Positions 8,978-15,931 of a stretch of 64,000 nt of DNA are shown in pieces. Each line of letters opens with the position of its first letter. Within the stretch, counting starts at the first letter, position 1. The stretch comes from an uncultured Verrucomicrobiae bacterium (GTDB lineage: Bacteria > Verrucomicrobiota > Verrucomicrobiia > Limisphaerales > JAFGQR01), in NCBI GenBank assembly GCA_963788655.1, contig CAWBHS010000060.1, positions 1 through 64,000 of the forward strand. The letters run 5' to 3'. The notes beneath the pieces are model-generated. The model was not told where the DNA came from. It did not search any database and saw only the letters and a program-made list of their open reading frames with translations. The position numbers and the translations under genes are program-made.

Positions 8978-9495
8978 GCGTTTTCCTCAAGAAACTTGTC
9001 ACTAAATGCCTGCCATTGAACAAGAAGTCCGTGGCGAGTGATAATGTCGCGGAGTTGAAGCCGGTTAATGACATCATTTTCCAGAAATTGGGTGATCCGG
9101 ATTTTGTCCTTTAACCGTCCGGTTTTCAGGGCAATGGCCAACAGATGTTCAGCGGTCATCACGCGTGTCTTGATTCCGTCCACATCCGTGGTGACCGCGG
9201 CGGCAATGGCCTCCTCCTCCAAAGGGCTGCCCGGGGGAAGAAATTGCACCGGCCAGCCGGCAATGATGATGTGCTCTCTCTCGACCTTGCAGCCACGTTT
9301 TCTGAGATAATCATATATGGGGGCCAGGGTGATTATTGAACGGTCGGGGTGATGCTGGAAGGAAACGAAAACATCAATATCGAGCGTGGCAGCAGGTTCG
9401 AGGTAAAAGGTGGCCCCGACAGCTCCACCAATGGCATATTGGCCAATGACGCCATCCGCCCGCATCTGGTTGATGATTTGCAGGGTACCTTTCAT
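8974..9495 (-). CDS. Nucleotidyltransferase-like protein
   Basis: YAIGGAVGATFYLEPAATLDIDVFV ... EHLLAIALKTGRLKD. Confidence 0.7.
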   Translation of the reverse strand: MKGTLQIINQMRADGVIGQYAIGGAVGATFYLEPAATLDIDVFVSFQHHPDRSIITLAPIYDYLRKRGCKVEREHIIIAGWPVQFLPPGSPLEEEAIAAAVTTDVDGIKTRVMTAEHLLAIALKTGRLKDKIRITQFLENDVINRLQLRDIITRHGLLVQWQAFSDKFLEENA

Positions 9496-9507
9496 GATTC
9501 TTTAGGA

Positions 9508-9643
9508 GAACATTCTAAAACGCTGAAAGGCGCAGAGGTCAGCCGTCAGCCGTCAGAGGACAGAGGACAGAGGACAGATGCTGGTTACGGAATGACGGAA
9601 TTCACGAAATGCTGAAATCCTGAAATACTAAAACGCTAAAACG
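9508..9643. repeat. Composite spacer 8
   Basis: ACATTCTAAAACGCTGAAA, heptamers, octamers. Confidence 0.85.
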
Positions 9644-9648
9644 ATGAG

Positions 9649-9896
9649 TCATGGGTTTCTTTTTGGCGCGAGCCAGCTTTCCAAGTCCTCCAGGCTGGTA
9701 AAATCCAGCAGCGCTTCACTGAGGGGTTCCAGACCGATCCAAAGGCAAATGACCAATGGCATTTTCGACTTGCATTGGCAAGGCTTGGAAGCGTTTGCGA
9801 GCCAGGCGAGATGACCAGATTCGCGGCTTCTTCCCGCCGGCCTTCTTGCCGGCCTTCCTGTCGGCCAACCCGTTCGATGCTTGTTACATAAGGCAT
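9649..9896 (-). pseudogene. Rpn/DUF4351-type C-terminal remnant
   Basis: MPYVTSIERVGRQEGRQEGRREEA... then, in another frame, LEPLSEALLDFTSLEDLESWL. Confidence 0.7.
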
Positions 9897-9955
9897 AGCT
9901 TTTTCACTTTCAATGCCCAGAATATCCGGATCTTTGTGTTCTTTGCGTTCTTTGC

Positions 9956-10757
9956 TCGCAGCCCATAAGGCTGCCAGTCCAGCCGGTGGAAGTCCGGCGA
10001 TGGTAAATGACGATGAACCATCCAGTGATAACCGACATGAGATTTCGGGGTGACCCGGCTCATGCAAGCTCGGTAGTAAACGTCCTGACCGGAGCAGGGC
10101 CAGCAACCTCTCCAGGCCGTAGCATCAAGCGAATGCTGCAGCTTCGTTACGCAACCCACGCGATCCGGAATCGTGGGACTTGTGGTGGTCGAGCCGGTGC
10201 AAAGACGGCGAAGACAGAATCCACGACGAAGGCATCGTCGAGTGCAGTCGTGGGCGCCACCGGAGTACGGGCGACGGCATGGGAGGAACGGACTGGCAGA
10301 GTAAATTGGGGACCCGCTACGGTTGGCGGGATGGACCCGCAATCCGACGGAATAATCCATAAGCCGTGGGATGGCCGTCAGAGGCGCAGATGTGGCCATA
10401 GTAAGCAACGATCCGGTCGGACAATACAACCGACTGGGGAGCCAAGGGCCACTGGATCCGCGGTTCAGGTCAGAAATCATCGGTGCCGCTTGGACGCAAG
10501 TCCGACTACGGATAAAACGCCGGGGATGGAGATACGAACAGTGACGGCCTATAAGCCGGCGTGGAGACGCTGGCGAAGGTGGCCGTGGCGTGAAGCGGGT
10601 TTGAAGCCGGTACTGGGGAAAACCCACCGTACGGAATTTTAGAGGGGGTGGAGGAAACGAAATGCATGGCCTGGTAGCCGTTTGCCACGATGCCCGAAAG
10701 GGCCGATACCTTGGAAGTTACTGGCCTAAACATGTTCGCGCCTCCGCTCTACTCGAT
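9956..10757 (+). mobile_element. ORF-less group II intron (~800 nt), antisense to the polysaccharide locus
   Basis: Domain V-like GAAGCCGGTACTGGGGAAAACCCACCGTACGGAATTTTAGAGGGGG (~10603-10648); domain VI ending CTCTACTCGAT; removal restores TTCTTTGC|GGTT; no RT ORF; 5' boundary uncertain by 1-2 nt. Confidence 0.82.
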
Positions 10758-10848
10758 GGTTGATTCCTCTCGTCTTAATTTTGTCGTTAGTTGGCGAGGC
10801 GCCGACCAAAGAGCCCGAGGCAGGCGCGCTCCCGACTACTATTTAATT

Positions 10849-11048
10849 AACCACAGAGAACACAGCGGTCCCAAAAGATGATTGTCAGAAGAAACAGTGA
10901 TCACAATCACCCGTCATGGCTCCAATATGCTTTCAAGAGTATTCGGATCTTTGTGATCTCTGCGATCTTTGCGGTTGGTTTCTCTCGTTTTGGTTTCGGC
11001 GTTGGTTGGCGAGGCGCCAACCAAAGCACCCGAGGCGGGCGCGCTCCC
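10849..11048. repeat. Composite repeat: AACCACAGAG...CTTTGCGGTT hairpin (10849-10976) plus REP-like palindrome (11004-11048); intron-free copy
   Basis: Similar to 9925-9955+10758-10833 and to 18451-18462+20441-20627. Confidence 0.8.
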
Positions 11049-11873
11049 TTTGTTCAGCAGCGGGAGGTGCCGGTGTTTGGCTGGAGTCAACATGGCGCCG
11101 GCGAAGGCCCAGAGGCAGATGGCGTTGGTTTTGGCGTAACGCCAGAACATGCGGCGGGGTTCCTGCACCACCCGGTAAAGCCATTCACAGCCGATACGTT
11201 GGAGCCACAGTGGCGAACGTTTCACCAAGCCCGCCATGACATCGAAGCTGCCTCCCACACCCTGGATGACCGTGGCGCCCAGGTGGCAGGCGTGTTGGGC
11301 CGCGAACCGCTCTTTCATCGGCGTGCCCATGCCCAGGAAGAGGATGTCCGGCCGGGCCGCGCGAACTTGGTCAACGACTGTCTTTGCTTCCGTTGGTGAG
11401 AAGTAGCCGTTGCGGAAGCCGGCCATTTGGAGGCGCGGGAATTCCTGGGTAATCCGGCGAACGCAAGCCTCGACCACTGGTTGTTTGGCCCCCAGCAGAT
11501 AGACACGGTATCCGTGTTCATTAGCCAGGGACAGCAACTTCCACATCAGGCCAATACCGTCAATTCGCTCGGGAATATGGACGCCTAGCAAGCGGGCCAT
11601 GGGTACGATGGGTTGGCCATCGGTGAGCACGTAATCGGACTGCCACAGGATGCGGCCCATTTCCGGGTCCTGTCGTACCTGGGCCACTTTGTTGGCGTTG
11701 ACGAACTGTATAACCTTGGGGCCAGTCTTGGTGTCAATGGCCTGGCGGAGTTCGGCCAGCAACTGATTGCTCGTCAGCAGATCCAGGGGACAGCCGAGGA
11801 AGTTGGCGCGGCGGTTGTTTTCGATCTTCTTAACCACGAATGAACACCAATAGACACAAATGAAATTCAACAA
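10914..11873 (-). CDS. WecB/TagA/CpsF family glycosyltransferase
   Basis: VNANKV, TDGQPIV, ERIDGIGL, YLLGA, RNGYF, FLGMGTP, GVGGSFD, EWLYRVVQEPRRM; true start probably downstream of 11873. Confidence 0.93.
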   Translation of the reverse strand: MLNFICVYWCSFVVKKIENNRRANFLGCPLDLLTSNQLLAELRQAIDTKTGPKVIQFVNANKVAQVRQDPEMGRILWQSDYVLTDGQPIVPMARLLGVHIPERIDGIGLMWKLLSLANEHGYRVYLLGAKQPVVEACVRRITQEFPRLQMAGFRNGYFSPTEAKTVVDQVRAARPDILFLGMGTPMKERFAAQHACHLGATVIQGVGGSFDVMAGLVKRSPLWLQRIGCEWLYRVVQEPRRMFWRYAKTNAICLWAFAGAMLTPAKHRHLPLLNKGSAPASGALVGASPTNAETKTRETNRKDRRDHKDPNTLESILEP

Positions 11874-11904
11874 CCCCGGTACACAGGAGGCAACGGAGAA
11901 TCGA

Positions 11905-11992
11905 TGCTGAAATCAGAGATCAGAGGACGGAGGACAGCAAACAGATGACAGAGGACGGAGGACGGAGGACAGTGAACGAATGTCAGAGGACA
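11905..11992. repeat. Heptamer array (CAGAGGA/CGGAGGA)
   Basis: Read directly; inverted relative to 12436-12552. Confidence 0.85.
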
Positions 11993-12006
11993 ATGGGCGT
12001 AAGGTT

Positions 12007-12393
12007 TTAACGGGCATTGGGGCAGAATTTTTCAGGATGCGCCATCATGGTGCCCAGCATTCGCCCGATTTCTTGGCACTTTTCGTTGAGTTCAACTTGC
12101 ACTGCTTGCGAGACGTAATTACAGGCCGCAGAAGTATCGATCCAATGTTGAGTTTCTGCTTGCTCACCATCAGCGTCAGTCAACTTGCTAACGAAATGAG
12201 CAGGGTAATTCCTTTTATGCCATGCCTCGGCGATATTGGACCCGATCGACCTGGACGACCTCCGGATTTGGTCGGTGAGCGCATATTGTTCTTCTCTTGG
12301 AAACGTTCCGCACGACTTGAAGATTTCCTGCTGGAGATCGAATGCCGCCTGATAAACTCGCAGATCTCGAAAACTTGAAATCTTGTCCGCCAT
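12007..12393 (-). CDS. Four helix bundle (23S rRNA IVP-like) protein
   Basis: SFRDLRVYQAA...FPREEQYALTDQIRRSSRSIGSNIAEAW...FVSKLTDADGEQAETQHW. Confidence 0.95.
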   Translation of the reverse strand: MADKISSFRDLRVYQAAFDLQQEIFKSCGTFPREEQYALTDQIRRSSRSIGSNIAEAWHKRNYPAHFVSKLTDADGEQAETQHWIDTSAACNYVSQAVQVELNEKCQEIGRMLGTMMAHPEKFCPNAR

Positions 12394-12435
12394 AACCTTC
12401 TCGATCTTCCCACTTCTCCTTCTTCGTGTTTTGAC

Positions 12436-12552
12436 TTCCGTCCTGACCTCGTCTTCCGACCTCTGCCCTCTGTCCTCCGTCTTCTGTCTTCCGTCTTCTG
12501 TCCTCGTCCTCCGTCCTCTGCCCTCCGTCCTCTGCCTCCGTCCTCTGCCTCA
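12436..12552. repeat. Heptamer array (TCCTCTG/TCCTCCG), opposite orientation
   Basis: Read directly. Confidence 0.85.
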
Positions 12553-12554
12553 GA

Positions 12555-13997
12555 CTAACTCGCGCCTTTGCCGAGGAGGACGACGGGGATGGTTTTGAGA
12601 AGGATTTTGAGGTCGAGCCAGATCGACCAGTTCTCGATGTATTGGCGGTCAAGCTCCATCCATTTGGCAAAGGGGATGTTGTTGCGGCCGCTTACTTGCC
12701 ACAGACAGGTAATTCCGGGTTTGATGGAAAGCCGGCGGCGATAGATCCAATCGTATTGATCGACTTCAGTCGCCAGTGGAGGCCGGGGACCAACAAGCGA
12801 CATTTCCCCTTTGAGGACGTTGAAAAGCTGGGGCAGTTCGTCAATGCTGGTTTTTCGGATCCAACGGCCAATCGGAGTGACGCGCGGGTCATTCTTGATT
12901 TTGAACACCGGTCCTTCCTGCTCATTCAGGCTGGCGAGTTCGTGTTTGCGCGCCTCGGCATCGACGATCATGGAGCGGAATTTGAGGAGCTTGAACTTGC
13001 GCTTGTTCATGCCGATACGCTCCTGCCGGAAAAAAACGGGGCCGGGACTGGTTGATTTGATCAGAATGGCGACGATCAGCAGTAAGGGGCTGAGTAACAC
13101 CAGAAGCGTGAACGAAACGATCAGATCCATGCTCCGTTTCACCAGTAACTGCCATAGAAGGTGTTCGCGGAAGAACGTGACGACACAATCGCCGTCAAAC
13201 AGTTCAACCTGCGACTGGGCAAAAGTTTTGATGTCCGCCAGATCCGGTACGATACGGACCACCACACCCAGGTCGCGGCATAGTCTGGTGATTTCGTAAA
13301 TGTCTTTGAAGGCTTCCTTCAACGGCAGGCAGACCATAACTTCATCCACCTCCCGCTGTTCCAGGAAAGGCTTGAAGCCGCTCACACGGTCCAAAATCGG
13401 CCACCCGGCCACTTTGGCTTGATCGCCATCTGAAGCGCGGTCGTTCTCCGCGATAAAGCCAGCAATCCGGTAGCCGAGTTCCGGGCTGCCTTCAATCCGG
13501 TGGGCAAAATCCAACGCGCGCTGATTAGTGCCCACAAAGACGAGATGCCGGCAGTTGAGTCCGGACTTGCGCAGGGTCATCAGAAGCCATCGCAAAACGA
13601 TTCGACTGGTAATGCACAGGAGGCAGGTGACTGGCCAGAACAGCCCGATGACCACCTTGGACAGGATCGAGATGTCCAGGGCGGCATCGATGATGAACAA
13701 CAGAAAGGTGGCAGCGGCCGTGGCTTTTACCACGCCGGCCAGGGAGGTAGCCAAAGAAGTGAAGCGGTTGGCATCGTAGTGGACCAGGTAATTGAAAACC
13801 AACGCCCATCCGGCCAACAGCATCATGGCGCCCACCGCATTCAAGCCGCTGTGAATGGCAACGAAACTATCGTAGAGAAACCTGAAACTGCCCCGCTCAT
13901 GCACGTAGGCAATCAGCAGAATCAGGGTTCCGACCAGGATGACCTGATCAGAGAGCCGAAAGGCGTGAATCAACAGCTTGTGCCGGAGGCGGAGCAT
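12555..13997 (-). CDS. Polyprenyl glycosylphosphotransferase (WcaJ/CpsE-type priming sugar transferase)
   Basis: N-terminal TMs, VFVGT, KRSMD, KFRSM, DPRVTPIGRWIRKTSIDELPQLFNVLKGEMSLVGPRP, KPGITCLWQV. Confidence 0.95.
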   Translation of the reverse strand: MLRLRHKLLIHAFRLSDQVILVGTLILLIAYVHERGSFRFLYDSFVAIHSGLNAVGAMMLLAGWALVFNYLVHYDANRFTSLATSLAGVVKATAAATFLLFIIDAALDISILSKVVIGLFWPVTCLLCITSRIVLRWLLMTLRKSGLNCRHLVFVGTNQRALDFAHRIEGSPELGYRIAGFIAENDRASDGDQAKVAGWPILDRVSGFKPFLEQREVDEVMVCLPLKEAFKDIYEITRLCRDLGVVVRIVPDLADIKTFAQSQVELFDGDCVVTFFREHLLWQLLVKRSMDLIVSFTLLVLLSPLLLIVAILIKSTSPGPVFFRQERIGMNKRKFKLLKFRSMIVDAEARKHELASLNEQEGPVFKIKNDPRVTPIGRWIRKTSIDELPQLFNVLKGEMSLVGPRPPLATEVDQYDWIYRRRLSIKPGITCLWQVSGRNNIPFAKWMELDRQYIENWSIWLDLKILLKTIPVVLLGKGAS

Positions 13998-13998
13998 G

Positions 13999-14368
13999 GG
14001 GCAGAGGGCAGAGGACAGGGGACGGAGGACGGAGGTCAGCGATCAGAGGACAGCGATCAGGGGTCAGTGATCAGGAGTCAGGGGGCAGAAATCAGGGGTC
14101 AGTGATCAGGGGTCAGTGATCAGGGGTCAGTGATCAGGGGTCAGTGATCAGGGGTCAGTGATCAGGGGTCAGTGATCAGGGGTCAGTGATCAGGGGTCAG
14201 TGATCAGGGGTCAGTGATCAGAGGACAGTGATCAGAGGACAGTGATCAGAGGACAGTGATCAGAGGACAGTGATCAGAGGACAGTGATCAGAGGACAGTG
14301 ATCAGGGGTCAGTGATCAGAGGTCAGTGATCAGAGGTCGGACTTGCTGAAATACTGAAACGCTGAAAC
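13999..14368. repeat. Tandem repeat of a 14-bp unit (TCAGTGATCAGGGG / ACAGTGATCAGAGG), ~17-18 copies in 14091-14338, with degenerate flanks
   Basis: Read directly. Confidence 0.95.
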
Positions 14369-14439
14369 TGTTGGATGACAGAGGAATTGGTTCTTTGGAT
14401 TTCTCTTGGCGAATTGGGCACATCTTCTCTGTTTGACTC

Positions 14440-14484
14440 GGTTGGCGAGGCGCCAACCGGTGCGCCCGGGGCGGGCGCGCTCCC
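14440..14484. repeat. REP-like palindrome family A (GGTTGGCGAGGCGCCAACC...GGCGGGCGCGCTCCC)
   Basis: Other copies at ~10790, 11004, 15869, 20582, 23271 (reverse) and 23363. Confidence 0.85.
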
Positions 14485-14493
14485 CGATGCGGA

Positions 14494-15843
14494 TCAGAGG
14501 TCGGGGAAGTCGAGACGCGGATAGTTAATCGAGATGCTCTTGCGGCCGGTTTCGTCAGGGGCGTTGGCAGTGAAGGTTAACGGTTCATTGTCGTTAAAGC
14601 GAAGCCGGACTCGCTCGGGGTCGGGAACGTAAATGGTTAAGCCAGCCAGGTCTTCCTTTTGAATTTGTGGCTGGTTTGGAAACTGGCCCTGGTTAGCAGC
14701 ATTGATATTAACCAGGTGCTCGCCATTCTGGCGCTCGGTGGTTACCCGCACGCGCTGAATCATTTGTTGAAAATCGAGCAGCCGGCGGGTGGTGGTTACG
14801 AGGATCTTACGGCGATAATAGTGATCGGCAAGCCGGCGAAAAGCAGCAATGGTGGCCGCGTTGAATCCTCGTTGTCCCGGACCGAGCTTGCCGAGGTGGG
14901 TGTAAAGGATGCAGGACCCCTGACGACCAACCAACGTGTCCAAGAAATTATCGGTGAGCACGGTGCTGATCCCAACGCCGGTGTCTCTACAACTCACGCC
15001 TCCCCAGTGCGGGTTGCAGCGAAGGAACTCGAGGGCCGGGGCGTTGTCGCGCAGGCGAATGGAGTGCATCAGCCGGTTGGGGCGGTGCAGGGCGTATTTG
15101 CGATGGCCACAGCGGGCGAGGAGTTGTTTAGCGGTTTCTTTGGCAAGCGTGCCGGAGGCTGCTAACAAATGGCCCGAGGACAGAGGTCGGAGGACAGCGG
15201 ACAGAGGACAGAGGTCGGAGATCAGATTACGGAATCGAAAGGGTTGGTCCTGGCCGATTACGCTGGTGATACGGCCGCGCCACACATACTGGATTCCGTA
15301 AGCCAGGGTCAGGTCGGCATGGTAAGCCGGGTGGCCATGGTCATCGCCATGGCCTTGCATGATGTCGGAGCCGAAGTTGGTGGGCGCAATCGCGTGATCC
15401 ACCCAAACTCGAAGACGGCAATCGTGCTTCTGTAACTCGTCCAGCGCTCGGGCGGCATGCGCCCGCGTGGTTGCCAGGTCGCCAAAGGAATGAAGGACAT
15501 CAATGTGCCCGCTCTGAATGAGGGTGCGGATGCGGGCTCGGTCGTACTCGTCGGCATTCCAGTAGGCGAAATGGTTCGGAGCCATATCGAAGTAGATGCT
15601 GTTTCCGACTTCCAGCCCCACGCCTTGGCCCATCGAGGTGGGGCCGGTCGTGTTGAGAAACCGGATGATTTCACAATAGGTTTCGGCGCCCGGAGTTTCA
15701 TCCAAGTCGCTGCAGATGGCCATGGCGGCCCGGTAGGGATACGGGAACCGACGCAACTCGGCTGTGAAGGCCGAGGACGGGCGGGGCAACGGCGCCCGGT
15801 GAGGGCGCGGTTCTCTATTCAATAGATTGGATTCGCAGTCCAT
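14494..15843 (-). CDS. Polysaccharide deacetylase-like hypothetical protein
   Basis: FPYPYRAAMAICSDLD, HSFGD, WVDH, ILYTHLG; in-frame repeat insert at 15176-15225. Confidence 0.65.
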   Translation of the reverse strand: MDCESNLLNREPRPHRAPLPRPSSAFTAELRRFPYPYRAAMAICSDLDETPGAETYCEIIRFLNTTGPTSMGQGVGLEVGNSIYFDMAPNHFAYWNADEYDRARIRTLIQSGHIDVLHSFGDLATTRAHAARALDELQKHDCRLRVWVDHAIAPTNFGSDIMQGHGDDHGHPAYHADLTLAYGIQYVWRGRITSVIGQDQPFRFRNLISDLCPLSAVLRPLSSGHLLAASGTLAKETAKQLLARCGHRKYALHRPNRLMHSIRLRDNAPALEFLRCNPHWGGVSCRDTGVGISTVLTDNFLDTLVGRQGSCILYTHLGKLGPGQRGFNAATIAAFRRLADHYYRRKILVTTTRRLLDFQQMIQRVRVTTERQNGEHLVNINAANQGQFPNQPQIQKEDLAGLTIYVPDPERVRLRFNDNEPLTFTANAPDETGRKSISINYPRLDFPDL

Positions 15844-15931
15844 CGGGCAGCAATGTCGCCAAGGTAACCGGCGAGGGGCCGGTTGGAACGTCCGAGGCGG
15901 GCGTGCTCCCCGACGTAATTCACATTACACG

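Noticed and set aside
3746..9643. Canonical integron or CRISPR
   Set aside because: No intI; spacers are non-palindromic tandem repeats; the intervening units are whole genes
9884..10642. ORFs 9884..10627(-) and 10007..10642(+) as proteins
   Set aside because: They overlap the structured intron RNA and show no recognisable protein motifs
14091..14338. CRISPR array
   Set aside because: Contiguous 14-bp units with no unique spacers, and no cas genes
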